Source of the DNA: Chloroflexota bacterium
Lineage (GTDB): Bacteria; Chloroflexota; Chloroflexia; QHBQ01
Direction: 5' to 3'
DNA length: 58,106 bases
Assembly: GCA_043754535.1 (NCBI GenBank)
Contig: JAYUUN010000015.1
Coordinates: forward strand, 1-58,106
In this document: one piece after another, positions 19,171-29,346 of the stretch
Numbering within the stretch: position 1 is the stretch's first letter
Layout: each line of letters begins with the position of its first letter
The notes under the pieces: model-generated
The model's database searches: none
The model's input: the letters and a program-made list of their open reading frames with translations, nothing else
What the model was told of the DNA's origin: nothing
Position numbers and translations under genes: made by a program

Positions 19171-21339
19171 CTACTTGACCCCCAGCACGGTCAGGATCAG
19201 GTCGATAATCTTGATGCCCACAAAAGGGGCAACGATGCCGCCTAGCCCATAGATCAGCAGGTTACGGCGTAGGATCGCGGCTGCGCCAATCGGCTTGTAC
19301 TCCAGCCCCTTGAGGGCGAGCGGCACAAGGGCGATGATGATCAAGGCGTTGAAGATCACCGCCGAGAGGATCGCTGTCGTCGCGCTGGTCAGGCCCATCA
19401 CGTTGAGGGCAGCTAGTGGCCCCGGCTTACCCTCCATTGCGTAGATGCCACCAAACACGGCTGGTAGGATGGCAAAGTATTTGGCTACGTCGTTGCTGAT
19501 GCTGAAGGTGGTCAATGCGCCGCGGGTCATGAGCATCTGCTTGCCAACCTTGACGATCTCGATCAGCTTGGTCGGGTCGCTGTCCAGGTCAACCATGTTG
19601 CCTGCTTCTTTCGCCGCCATGGTGCCGGTGTTCATCGCCACGCCTACGTCGGCCTGGGCCAGGGCGGGCGCGTCGTTGGTGCCGTCCCCAGTCATCGCCA
19701 CCAGCTTGCCCTTTGCTTGTTCAGCGCGGATCAGGCTCAGTTTGTTCTCTGGGGTCGCCTCAGCAAGGAAGTCGTCTACCCCCGCCTCGGCAGCGATAGC
19801 GGCGGCGGTCAGGCGGTTGTCGCCGGTGATCATCACGGTGCGGATACCAGAACGACGCAACTCCTCGAAGCGTTCGCGGATGCCCGGCTTCACAATATCC
19901 TTGAGGTTGATCACTCCCAAAGCCTTGCCGTTCTCGGCAACGACGAGTGGGGTGGCCCCAGCGCGGGCGATCTCATTCACCGCTGGCTCAAGCTCAGCGG
20001 GCGCAGTGCCGCCCGCTTCCTGCACGTAGCGACGCACCGCGTCCGCCGCCCCCTTGCGGATTTGGCGGCTGCTGCCGTTGCTGCCGAAGTTCACGCCGCT
20101 GATGCGTGTAGTTGCGCTGAAGGGGATGAACTCGGCGTTCGCCAGCAGGCTGCTACCCTCATCCGCCGCGATGCCGTACTTGCCCTCGGCCAGCACTACG
20201 ATGCTGCGGCCCTCTGGCGTTTCGTCGGAGAGCGAGGAGAGGCGGGCGGCCTGCGCCAGTTGGCTCGCGCTCACCCCCGGCATGGTTACGAAGTCCACTG
20301 CCTGTCGTGCGCCGATGGTGATCGTGCCAGTCTTGTCCAGCAGCAGGGTGTCAACATCGCCTGCGGCCTCAACAGCGCGCCCCGACATGGCGAGTACATT
20401 GCGCTGCACCATGCGATCCATACCCGCAATACCGATGGCAGAGAGTAGCCCGCCGATGGTGGTTGGGATCAGGCAGACGAGCAGGGCAATCAGGATGGTG
20501 ATGCTGATCGGCTTGCCGCTGTAGATGGCGAAGGGTAGCAGCGTCACCGTCGCCAGCAGGAAGATGATCGTCAGGCCATTGATCAGGATGCTTAGGGCAA
20601 TCTCGTTCGGGGTTTTCTGCCGCTGCGCACCCTCGACCAGCGCGATCATGCGATCCAGGAAGGTCTCGCCTGGGTTGGAGGTGATCTGTACCTTAATCCA
20701 GTCGCTCAGTACCCTGGTGCCACCCGTCACCGCCGAGCGGTCGCCACCACTCTCGCGGATCACCGGTGCCGACTCGCCAGTAATCGCCGACTCGTCTACG
20801 CTGGCGACTCCTTCTACCACATCGCCGTCACCAGGGATGATGCCCCCCGCCTCAATCAGCACCACATCGCCTTTGCGTAGCTGAGGAGCGGCGACTTCGC
20901 GTGCGCCGCTGCGGATCGCCGCCGTCAGGCCACTGCCGATCTGTGGGTTGTCGAGCTTGCGTGCGCTGGTCTGTGTCTTGGTCTTCCGCAGCGCATCAGC
21001 CTGCGCCCGCCCGCGCCCCTCGGCGATAGCCTCGGCGAAGTTGGCGAAGACGACGGTTAGCCAGAGTAGCACCGCGATTGCCAGCACGAAAGCAGCAGCC
21101 TCGCCCGCTGGTGCGCCAAACAGGTCGCGGATGCCGATGATCGTGGTGATCAGCGCACCGACTTCGACCACGAACATCACCGGGTTGCGTAGCTGCACGC
21201 GCGGGTTGAGCTTCTTGAAGCTCTCGGCAATCGCTGGGCCGACGATCTCTGGCTGAAAGAGTGGGCGCGCCTGCTGCGAAGCCCGCTTCGCCTCCTTCGC
21301 CTGCTCATCGTTGTTGATTGTAGGACTGTTGCTAGCCAT
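19171..21339 (-). CDS. kdpB: K+-transporting ATPase subunit B
   Basis: TGES, DKTGT phosphorylation motif, [14 protein letters not shown]. Confidence 0.97.
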   Translation of the reverse strand: MASNSPTINNDEQAKEAKRASQQARPLFQPEIVGPAIAESFKKLNPRVQLRNPVMFVVEVGALITTIIGIRDLFGAPAGEAAAFVLAIAVLLWLTVVFANFAEAIAEGRGRAQADALRKTKTQTSARKLDNPQIGSGLTAAIRSGAREVAAPQLRKGDVVLIEAGGIIPGDGDVVEGVASVDESAITGESAPVIRESGGDRSAVTGGTRVLSDWIKVQITSNPGETFLDRMIALVEGAQRQKTPNEIALSILINGLTIIFLLATVTLLPFAIYSGKPISITILIALLVCLIPTTIGGLLSAIGIAGMDRMVQRNVLAMSGRAVEAAGDVDTLLLDKTGTITIGARQAVDFVTMPGVSASQLAQAARLSSLSDETPEGRSIVVLAEGKYGIAADEGSSLLANAEFIPFSATTRISGVNFGSNGSSRQIRKGAADAVRRYVQEAGGTAPAELEPAVNEIARAGATPLVVAENGKALGVINLKDIVKPGIRERFEELRRSGIRTVMITGDNRLTAAAIAAEAGVDDFLAEATPENKLSLIRAEQAKGKLVAMTGDGTNDAPALAQADVGVAMNTGTMAAKEAGNMVDLDSDPTKLIEIVKVGKQMLMTRGALTTFSISNDVAKYFAILPAVFGGIYAMEGKPGPLAALNVMGLTSATTAILSAVIFNALIIIALVPLALKGLEYKPIGAAAILRRNLLIYGLGGIVAPFVGIKIIDLILTVLGVK

Positions 21340-21360
21340 TGTTGTTCCTTGTTGTCTTTC

Positions 21361-23115
21361 TTAGAACGAGCTACCGTTGCCCATCAGGATGTGTTCGACG
21401 ATTGGGCCGAGCGACCAGACCGGGAAGAAGGTCAGTGCGCTGACGATCACGATCACGCCGACCAACAGGCCGACGAACAGCGGCCCTGTGGTGGGGAACG
21501 TCCCCGCCGTCTGCGGAGCCAGCTTCTTGCGCCCCAGGCTGCCCGCGATAGCCAGCACCGGGATGATGAAGAACCAGCGGCCCAGCAGCATGGCAATCGC
21601 CAGGGTTGTGTTCATCCAGTTGGTGTTCGCGCTGATGCCTGCGAAGGCCGAGCCGTTGTTGGCGGTGCCGCTGGTATAGGCATAGAGAAACTCCGTCAGA
21701 CCATGCGGGCCGGGGTTCCAGCGGGTAGCCGCTACCACATCCTGATTGACGATGGTCAGCGCACTGAAGCCGAGGATGCTCAGTTCTAGGATTAGAATAC
21801 CAAGCATTACTAGCTTCATCTCGTGCGCCTCGATCTTTTTGCCGAGGAACTCTGGTGTGCGCCCGACCATCAGCCCCGCGATGAATACCGCCAGGATGAT
21901 GAAGATCAGGATGCCGTAGAGACCAGCCCCCACCCCACCGAAGATTACCTCACCAACTGCCATGTTGAACAGCGGGCCGAGGCCACCGAGCGGGGTGAAG
22001 CTGTCGTGCATGGCATTAACCGCCCCACAACTAGCGGCGGTGGTGACGCTGGCGAACAGGGCCGAGCCTACAGTGCCAAAGCGCACCTCCTTGCCTTCCA
22101 TGTTGCCGCCTGCCTGGGCCAGGTTGCCTTCGACGGCGGCCTGGTTAACCCCATGAAAGTTGGGATTGCCGCTCGCTTCTGCCGAGTACATCACGCTGGT
22201 TACGGCCAAAAACAGGACGAGCATTGCCCCGTAGATCGCCCAGCCCTGCCGTCGGTTGCCGACCATCACCCCCAGCATATAGGTCAGCCCCGCGCCGATG
22301 GCGAAGATGGAGAGCATCTGCACAAAGTTGGTGAGCGGGTTGGGGTTCTCGAAGGGGTGAGCAGAGTTGGCGTTGAAGTAGCCTCCACCGTTGGTGCCGA
22401 ACATCTTGATCGCTTCTTGCGAGGCAACTGGCCCCTGCGGGATGGTCTGCGTTGCTCCCTCCACCGTCTTGATTACCGTGTAGTCGCTGAAGTTCTGCAC
22501 GACACCCTGCGAGGTGAGGAAGATGGCGTAGATCAGGCAGACGGGCAGCAGCACGTAGAGGATGGCACGGGTCACATCCACCCAGAAGTTGCCCAGCGTG
22601 TTCATCTCGCGCCGCGCAATGCCGCGCACGAAGGCGACCGCAACCGCGATGCCAACCGCAGCGGAGAGGAAGTTGTGTAGCGATAGCTGGGTCATCTGGG
22701 TGAGGTAGCTCATCGTCTGCTCAGGGTAGTAGCTCTGCCAGTTGGTGTTGCTGGTGAAGCTGACCGCCGTGTTGAAGGCGAGATCAGGCTTAACCGCGCC
22801 GAGTTGGGCTGGATTGAGCGGCAGTAGCCCCTGCAATCGTTGCACCAGGTAGGTGACGATCATGGTCACCACGCTGAAGATCAGCATAGCGGTGGCATAG
22901 CGTTGCCAGGTCTGCTCCTTGTTCTCGTCCACCCGCATCAGGCGGTAGAGCAGCCGCTCCACTGGCCGTAGCACTGGGTCGAGGAAGGTGCGCCCACGGC
23001 TACCTTCCTGGGGATTGGGGCCGAAAACCGCCGCCAGGTAGAGGCCGAGCGGCTTCGTAATCAGGGTCAGGATCAGCACGAACAGGCCAATCTGAAGCCA
23101 GCCGTTAAGTGTCAT
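21361..23115 (-). CDS. kdpA: K+-transporting ATPase subunit A
   Basis: NTNWQSY, GTNGGG, SCGAVNAMHDS and NNGSAFAG motifs. Confidence 0.97.
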   Translation of the reverse strand: MTLNGWLQIGLFVLILTLITKPLGLYLAAVFGPNPQEGSRGRTFLDPVLRPVERLLYRLMRVDENKEQTWQRYATAMLIFSVVTMIVTYLVQRLQGLLPLNPAQLGAVKPDLAFNTAVSFTSNTNWQSYYPEQTMSYLTQMTQLSLHNFLSAAVGIAVAVAFVRGIARREMNTLGNFWVDVTRAILYVLLPVCLIYAIFLTSQGVVQNFSDYTVIKTVEGATQTIPQGPVASQEAIKMFGTNGGGYFNANSAHPFENPNPLTNFVQMLSIFAIGAGLTYMLGVMVGNRRQGWAIYGAMLVLFLAVTSVMYSAEASGNPNFHGVNQAAVEGNLAQAGGNMEGKEVRFGTVGSALFASVTTAASCGAVNAMHDSFTPLGGLGPLFNMAVGEVIFGGVGAGLYGILIFIILAVFIAGLMVGRTPEFLGKKIEAHEMKLVMLGILILELSILGFSALTIVNQDVVAATRWNPGPHGLTEFLYAYTSGTANNGSAFAGISANTNWMNTTLAIAMLLGRWFFIIPVLAIAGSLGRKKLAPQTAGTFPTTGPLFVGLLVGVIVIVSALTFFPVWSLGPIVEHILMGNGSSF

Positions 23116-23130
23116 CGTTGGTTGAACCTC

Positions 23131-23220
23131 TTAAAACTTCTCTGGCCGCAGCAGGGCGTAGGTCAGATAGGCGAACAGGCCGAGGGCGATCACGCCCATG
23201 ATGATGTATTCGATCTCCAA
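23131..23220 (-). CDS. kdpF: K+-transporting ATPase subunit F (29 aa)
   Basis: Manual translation from TTG: MEIEYIIMGVIALGLFAYLTYALLRPEKF; YL.YAL..PE.F signature; AGGAGG RBS. Confidence 0.9.
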   Translation of the reverse strand: MEIEYIIMGVIALGLFAYLTYALLRPEKF

Positions 23221-23230
23221 GACAAGCCTC

Positions 23231-23320
23231 CTACAGGCGGTCGGCGGCATAGGCATAGCCGACGCTCAGGGCCAAAAAGACCACCATGATAGCGACAAAG
23301 ATCAGATCGCCAAGCTCCAT
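23231..23320 (-). CDS. 29-aa hydrophobic peptide upstream of kdpF
   Basis: MELGDLIFVAIMVVFLALSVGYAYAADRL; strong GAGGAGGAG RBS; stop overlaps kdpF RBS. Confidence 0.7.
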   Translation of the reverse strand: MELGDLIFVAIMVVFLALSVGYAYAADRL

Positions 23321-23344
23321 AGCACACTCCTCCTCGCAAAACCT

Positions 23345-23554
23345 CTAGCGGGTTGCCACACCCTCGCTGGGGCTGAACTCTGCTGCTGCGACGATTTCGC
23401 CAACCTCGTTGCTGGCGGTGGCGTTCAACTGCTCACCCCAACTAGGCCAGGCCACGTTGTGGACGCGTACGCTAACTGATTCTACGCGGCTCTGGCGGGG
23501 GGCGAAGAACATACAGTAGATGCACCAGGCCATGATCACGCCAAAGATAAACAT
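23345..23554 (-). CDS. 69-aa protein with N-terminal hydrophobic segment, first ORF of kdp operon
   Basis: GAGGGGAG RBS; MFIFGVIMAWCIYCMFFAP... Confidence 0.5.
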   Translation of the reverse strand: MFIFGVIMAWCIYCMFFAPRQSRVESVSVRVHNVAWPSWGEQLNATASNEVGEIVAAAEFSPSEGVATR

Positions 23555-23633
23555 TCTATCTCCCCTCTTTCTCGCTATCGATGCGCTACTTGTGCCCCAC
23601 AAGCAATAATAGCCCCCACTGGCTAAACGCTAG

Positions 23634-23671
23634 CTTAAGAAAGGGCAACCAGGCTTAAGATCATCTTAAGA
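23634..23671. promoter_or_regulatory. Three CTTAAGA boxes between divergent kdp and KimA-like genes (putative regulator site)
   Basis: CTTAAGA at 23634, 23654 and 23665. Confidence 0.4.
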
Positions 23672-23804
23672 TTGTTGGCTCGTCCGTCCAGCGATGTTGA
23701 AGTACCTGGTGCTGGTTGCTATGCTTCTCTCTAGTCGTTGGTGTAGTGTTGGCCGCTAAATTGCAGGCAGTGTGCAGCCAAATAGGGCGTGGAGGGTGAC
23801 AGTA

Positions 23805-26048
23805 ATGAATGAGCAGGATGTAGAGAGCAGAGAAGGGCAGGATGTTCAGCCAGCGGTTGGTTGGCACAGCGAACAGACGGCTACGGTGGCTGCCAGTGCA
23901 ACCAGTTACCGCCGTATGGTACGCACCAGCCAACCAGGCAATCGAGCCGCTGCCCAGCCCCTGCCTGGGTCGGGGACGGCGGTGCAGCATGGTACCCGCC
24001 CAGGCGACCACTACATCCGCCGCTTGCGGGCGAGTAATGGTTCGTTGCGCGCTGAGGATGCAACACTGGTTCACAGCGGCGAACAGGATATTGCCCCCCA
24101 AAATGGCCTGAGCAAAGCAGGCCGCTTCCTCTTTGGCCGCCCCATTGCCAGCAGCGAGGAGTCGGGCGAGCGGTTGAGCAAGGTTAAAGCCCTGGCCCTG
24201 CTCTGCGCCGACGCTATCGCCTCCATCGCCTATGCAACGGAGCAGATCGTTGGTTCGCTGGCCGTAGCGGGCGCAGCGGCAGTCGGTCTGTGGAGTATGC
24301 CGATTGCGATAGTAATTACCGTGCTGATCTTCATCGTCTCTCTCAGCTACAAACAGACGCTTCAGGCTTACCCGAAGGGTGGTGGCAGCTACACGGTCAG
24401 CAAGGAGAATATGGGTACGAACGTCGGCCTGGTGGCGGGGGCGGCCCTGATCATTGACTACGTACTCAACGCCGCCGTCAGTATCGCCGCTGGGGTTGCA
24501 GCGATTGTCTCGGCCTTCCCCAACCTTTTTGCCTACAAGACCTGGATTGCCCTCCTTTTCCTGCTGCTGATCACTGTTGTCAATCTGCGTGGGGTGCGCG
24601 AGGCTGGGGCTGCCTTCTCTGCCCCCACCTACGCCTTCATCTTCAGCGTGATCGGCATCATCATCATCGGCGGCATCCAGTTCTTCAGCGGCAGCTTCAC
24701 AACCGAACCACAAACCAGCTATAGTCAGACTTTCGCGAGCAATGCGGGTGAGTTGAGCATCTATGTGGTGCTGCTGGCCTTCTCTAGCGGCTGTACTGCT
24801 ATGACTGGGGTAGAGGCGATCAGCAACGGCGTACCAGTCTTTAAGCAACCAGAGGTCAAGAACGCCTCGATCACCATGAACTGGATGGCAGGGTTGCTGG
24901 CGGTGATGTTCCTGGGCATCACCTTCCTGGCCCAGCATTTTCGGGTGCTAGGGGTCAATGATCAGCAGCAAACGGTGATCGACCAGATCGCCCGCCACGC
25001 CTACGGCACTGGCCCCTTCTATGTAATATTCGTGATCGCTACTACCAGTCTGCTGGCCCTGGCCGCCCAGACCTCGTTCAGCGACTTTCCGCGAGTGGCC
25101 TACGTGCTGGCCCGCGACAAGTTCCTGCCCAACCAATTCGGCTTCCGTGGTGACCGCCTGGCCTTCAACACTGGCATCATGGTGCTGGCTCTGCTAACTG
25201 GCTCTCTGCTAATTCTGTTCAAAGCAGAGACTAACGCGCTGATCCCCCTGTTCGCCATTGGCGCGTTCACCTGCTTTACCTTGTCGCAGGCTGGCATGGT
25301 GCTGAAGTGGCGGCGCGAGCGGCAGCGGGGCTGGCGGCGCGGAGCCTTGATCAACGGCCTGGGAGCAGTTGCAACCGGTATGGCTCTGCTAGTGATCGCT
25401 GTAACCAAGTTTAACAGCGAGAGTGGCCGCGTGCTGTTCACCATCGGTGACTTCAAGGTGCATGAAGGGGCATGGCTGGTGGTGCTGCTGATCCCACTGC
25501 TGGTGCTGATGTTCAAGACGATCAACCGCCACTATCGGCAGGTCACCGCTGAGTTGCAGTTGCGACCCGGCGACTTGGTGAGGAGCGAGCTTGGGGCGGG
25601 CGAGATCAGGCACCTGGCTGTCGTGCCAGTCTCAACCCTCAACCGGGCCACCGTCTACGCTATGACCTATGCCAGCAGCTTTGCCAGCAAGGTGATCGCC
25701 GTCCATGTCACTGACGACCTGGACGAGGCAACAACCTTCCGCGAGCATTGGCAGAGCTACTATGCCGATAGCGACATCCATTTGGTGATCGTCGAGTCGC
25801 CCTACCGTGCGCTGATACGCCCGCTGATCGGCTACCTGGAAGACTTGCATGAGCAGCAACCCGACCGGGTGTTGACCGTGGTGCTACCAGAGTTCGTCGC
25901 CCGTCGCTGGTGGGAACACATCCTGCACACGCAAACGGCCCTGCGGCTGAAGGGCGCGTTGCTGTTTCATCCCGACATCATCGTAACTAGTGTGCCTTAT
26001 CATATAGGGCGGGGTAGTGCAGACAGCTACTCCTCGGCGAAACGGTAG
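23805..26048 (+). CDS. APC family permease, KimA/YdaO-like K+ transporter
   Basis: DAIASIAYATE, YPKGGGSY, GVEAISNG and VESPYR...VVLPEFV...HILH motifs; divergent from kdp. Confidence 0.85.
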   Translation: MNEQDVESREGQDVQPAVGWHSEQTATVAASATSYRRMVRTSQPGNRAAAQPLPGSGTAVQHGTRPGDHYIRRLRASNGSLRAEDATLVHSGEQDIAPQNGLSKAGRFLFGRPIASSEESGERLSKVKALALLCADAIASIAYATEQIVGSLAVAGAAAVGLWSMPIAIVITVLIFIVSLSYKQTLQAYPKGGGSYTVSKENMGTNVGLVAGAALIIDYVLNAAVSIAAGVAAIVSAFPNLFAYKTWIALLFLLLITVVNLRGVREAGAAFSAPTYAFIFSVIGIIIIGGIQFFSGSFTTEPQTSYSQTFASNAGELSIYVVLLAFSSGCTAMTGVEAISNGVPVFKQPEVKNASITMNWMAGLLAVMFLGITFLAQHFRVLGVNDQQQTVIDQIARHAYGTGPFYVIFVIATTSLLALAAQTSFSDFPRVAYVLARDKFLPNQFGFRGDRLAFNTGIMVLALLTGSLLILFKAETNALIPLFAIGAFTCFTLSQAGMVLKWRRERQRGWRRGALINGLGAVATGMALLVIAVTKFNSESGRVLFTIGDFKVHEGAWLVVLLIPLLVLMFKTINRHYRQVTAELQLRPGDLVRSELGAGEIRHLAVVPVSTLNRATVYAMTYASSFASKVIAVHVTDDLDEATTFREHWQSYYADSDIHLVIVESPYRALIRPLIGYLEDLHEQQPDRVLTVVLPEFVARRWWEHILHTQTALRLKGALLFHPDIIVTSVPYHIGRGSADSYSSAKR

Positions 26049-26206
26049 CTGCTGCTTAGCTTGCCAGGGTCACCCACGACAACCTCCGTCTGTAAAGAAC
26101 TTAGCTCTCTAATGCACGTCCACTAACCAGCCGCCTGCGTATAACCAGGGACAGTGACATGGTATTAGACAGTTAGCTAAACAGATAAAGGGGCGAAAAC
26201 ATTACA

Positions 26207-26983
26207 ATGGCATCGCACATTACCTACTGGCGCACGCGCCTCAGCCTGCTCACCGCTGCCCTGTTTCTCAGCATAGGGCTGCTCACTGCCTGTGGGGGCG
26301 ATCCCCAGCCCACGGCTGTCAGCTCTGCCCCAGCAGTGCAACCTGCGCCAGCCGATACGCCGGTGGCCCTCCAGCCCACTAGCAGCGACAGCAGCAAGCT
26401 GGGCAATGCTACTCCTATCGCGCTAGCCACTACGCCGCAGCCAACAGCGGTCAGTTCCAGCACACCCCCGCCCACTCCCAGCCAGCCAGCAGCGACTGAG
26501 CCAGCCGCCGCTCCCACCGCCACCCCCACCGCCGTTGTCCCTCCCCTACCAACGCGGCTACGTATCCCCAAGCTGAAGGTGGACACCAGCGTAGAGGCTG
26601 TTGGACGGGCTGCGGATGGTACGATGGACATCCCTAAGAACGAGAAAGATGTAGCCTGGTTCCAAGAAGGATCACGCCCTGGTGCGCCTGGTAACGCCGC
26701 CATTGCGGGCCACCTCGATTGGATACACGGACCCGCTGTCTTCTACAACCTGGGCAAGCTGGTGAAGGGCGACCTGGTTTATGCTACCGACGCGCAAGGG
26801 GCAGAGCGCAAGTTCATCGTTACTGAGGTAGCCGCTTACGACTTCGACAAGGCTCCGCTGCTGAGGGTGTTCGGCCCCGGCGAGACCGCCAACCTCAACC
26901 TGATCACCTGCAATGGCAGCTTCAATCGTGCAGTCCGCAACTACAGCAAGCGATTGGTAGTTTACACCACTCTCGTCAAATAA
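26207..26983 (+). CDS. Class F sortase with lipoprotein signal
   Basis: LTAC lipobox; Pro/Thr linker; AGH, LITC and downstream R catalytic residues. Confidence 0.85.
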   Translation: MASHITYWRTRLSLLTAALFLSIGLLTACGGDPQPTAVSSAPAVQPAPADTPVALQPTSSDSSKLGNATPIALATTPQPTAVSSSTPPPTPSQPAATEPAAAPTATPTAVVPPLPTRLRIPKLKVDTSVEAVGRAADGTMDIPKNEKDVAWFQEGSRPGAPGNAAIAGHLDWIHGPAVFYNLGKLVKGDLVYATDAQGAERKFIVTEVAAYDFDKAPLLRVFGPGETANLNLITCNGSFNRAVRNYSKRLVVYTTLVK

Positions 26984-27121
26984 CATTCATGGTGCAACAG
27001 ACCGAGAGGGGCGCAAGTGAGTGTGCCTCTCTTTCGCTGTTAGTGGGCCAGGCGTTCTCTGTCCCCCCTGTGGTAGGCTGCCCTGCTACCGCTCAGCCCT
27101 AGCTAGTAGTTCCCTTCATTC

Positions 27122-27150
27122 TTGACAGCCCGATCCGGGCATGGTACACT
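27122..27150 (+). promoter_or_regulatory. Sigma70 promoter of yitJ-like gene
   Basis: TTGACA-17nt-TACACT. Confidence 0.7.
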
Positions 27151-27215
27151 TCCTTACGATCAATAATTAGCGGAGAACTGCCCTCTCCAGCCTCGTTAAC
27201 AGGGAAGAAGTGTTT

Positions 27216-29123
27216 ATGCTCAGTCCATTTTTGCAGCGCGTTGCCCGTGGCCCCCTGCTCGCTGATGGTGCGATGGGGACGGTGCTTTACACCAAAGGGG
27301 TCTCCTACGAACGCTGCTTTGAGGAACTTAATGTCAGCCAGCCCACCTTGGTGCAGGCGATCCATGAGGAGTACATAGCTGCTGGGGCCGACCTGATCGA
27401 GACCAATAGCTTTGGTGGCAATCGCTACCGCCTGGCCCAGCACGGTATGGCTGGCGATGTGCGCCGCTTCAACCGCCGCGCCGCCAGCATTGCGCGACAG
27501 GCCCGCGAGGTCAGCGGCCAGTCGGTGTTCATTGCTGGCTCGGTCGGGCCGCTCGGTCTGCCGCTTGCCCCGGTCGGCACGATCACCCTGCAAGCCGCTC
27601 GCTATGCCTTCCGCGAACAGATCGAAGCTCTGTTGGAAGGCGGCGTTGACCTGATCCTGATTGAGACAATGACCGAACTTGCCTCGGCCCGTGAAGCCCT
27701 GCTAGCGGCCCGTGAAGCCTGCGACCTGCCAGTGATCGTCAACGTCACTTTCAGCGATGACGGTCTCACCGTCGCAGGAGAGGATGGCGCAACCGTAGCC
27801 CGTACCCTGCGCGACCTCGGTGCAGACATGGTAGGGGTCAATTGTAGCGTTGGCCCGCAAAAGGTGTTCGAGGTGATCGAGGCGATGCACGCCGCTGGCG
27901 AGAGCAACCTGGTTGCCATGCCCAACGCTGGTCTGCCCACCCGCTATGATGGCCGCTACTTCTACATCTCCACCCCAGACTACTTCGGCGAGTACGTTCC
28001 CCAGTTCTTGCAAGCGGGGGTTGCCCTGCTCGGTGGCTGCTGTGGCACAACCCCCCAGCACGTGGCCGCTATGCGTGCTGCCATGCCGCAACTGGCCGAG
28101 GTGGAGGCAGCGCATCAGCACAGCCGCATTGAGCTAGTCAGCCCTAGCAAGCCGACCGAAGCCCCACCCGCCGCCGATCAGCCGCCGACCCGCTTTGCTG
28201 AGAAGCTGGCGGCGGGCGAGTGCGTGATCAGCGTAGAGATGACCCCGCCACGGGGTATCAACCCGACCAAGATGCTGCAAGGGGCGGCTATGCTGCGCGA
28301 GATGGGGACAGACCTGGTGAACATCCCCGACAACGCCACTGCTCATATGCGGATGAGTTGCCTCGGTGCTGCCAACCTGATCCAGCAGCGCACGGGTATG
28401 GAGGCGATTATTCACTGCACCCCCCGCGACCGCAACTTGTTGGCCCTACAATCCGACCTGCTCGGCGCGCACGCGAATGGCACCCGCAATATCCTCTCTA
28501 TCACTGGCGACCCCTTGCACAACGGCAGCTATGCCAATTCTGCCAGCGTATGGGAGGTGGACGCTATTGGCCTGGTCGCTATCCTCAAGAACATGAACGC
28601 GGGCAAGGATGCTGCGGGTAGCTCTATTGGCGACCCTGCTCACTTCTTCATCGGGGTGGGCGCGAACCCGACCGCCGAAGACCCGGTGCGCGAGATGGAA
28701 CGCTTCCACGCGAAGGTCGAGGCGGGCGCGCAGTTCGTGATGCTGCAACCAGTTTACGACCCCGCCGTACTGCGCGACTGGCTGGACGAGGCGCGCCGCG
28801 TAGTGGGCGCAGAGCGTATCCCGCCGATCCTGGTCGGGGTTATGCCCTTGCAGAGCTACCGCAACGCCGAGTACGTCCACAACGAAGTGCCTGGCATCAT
28901 AGTGCCAGAGGCGATCCGCGAGCGGATGCGGGCTGCTGGCGAACACGGCTTGCAAGCGGGCATCGCCATGGCCCAGGAGTTTGTCAGCCAGACCTGGGAT
29001 TGGGGGCAAGGAGTTTACATCATGCCCGCCTTCGGTCGCTACGAGATTGCGGGCGAGGTGATCAAAATAGTGCGTGAGCAGCAGCAGGCTGCCCAGCACA
29101 CCCTTGCTGCCGCCATCCACTGA
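27216..29123 (+). CDS. yitJ: Bifunctional homocysteine S-methyltransferase / methylenetetrahydrofolate reductase (YitJ-like)
   Basis: DGAMGT, GVNCS and GGCCGTTP (Hcy-MT); RDRNLLALQSDLLG and ITGDP (MTHFR). Confidence 0.9.
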   Translation: MLSPFLQRVARGPLLADGAMGTVLYTKGVSYERCFEELNVSQPTLVQAIHEEYIAAGADLIETNSFGGNRYRLAQHGMAGDVRRFNRRAASIARQAREVSGQSVFIAGSVGPLGLPLAPVGTITLQAARYAFREQIEALLEGGVDLILIETMTELASAREALLAAREACDLPVIVNVTFSDDGLTVAGEDGATVARTLRDLGADMVGVNCSVGPQKVFEVIEAMHAAGESNLVAMPNAGLPTRYDGRYFYISTPDYFGEYVPQFLQAGVALLGGCCGTTPQHVAAMRAAMPQLAEVEAAHQHSRIELVSPSKPTEAPPAADQPPTRFAEKLAAGECVISVEMTPPRGINPTKMLQGAAMLREMGTDLVNIPDNATAHMRMSCLGAANLIQQRTGMEAIIHCTPRDRNLLALQSDLLGAHANGTRNILSITGDPLHNGSYANSASVWEVDAIGLVAILKNMNAGKDAAGSSIGDPAHFFIGVGANPTAEDPVREMERFHAKVEAGAQFVMLQPVYDPAVLRDWLDEARRVVGAERIPPILVGVMPLQSYRNAEYVHNEVPGIIVPEAIRERMRAAGEHGLQAGIAMAQEFVSQTWDWGQGVYIMPAFGRYEIAGEVIKIVREQQQAAQHTLAAAIH

Positions 29124-29346
29124 AGCGCAGCCACCCGATTAAGCGGCCAGCAAGCTCCACTCCGCCAGGGGTGGAGCGTTCCGTTTGTGCCAGATCGGTC
29201 AAATGAGTTGTATCTTTGTCTAAAGCTGTGGTAAAATGGGCGAAACGTGCCGCCATCGCTGGCAGGTGATGCGCCCGTTGTATCGTACACGGTTTAGTTC
29301 AACCACCGGCCTGCAATGATGCAGGCAAGGAGAGGAAAGGTAACGC

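Noticed and set aside
23555..23804. c-di-AMP (ydaO) riboswitch upstream of kdp or KimA-like gene
   Set aside because: No recognisable ydaO consensus on either strand.
27151..27215. Expected SAM riboswitch upstream of yitJ-like gene
   Set aside because: The leader is only ~60 nt with one small hairpin and lacks S-box consensus.
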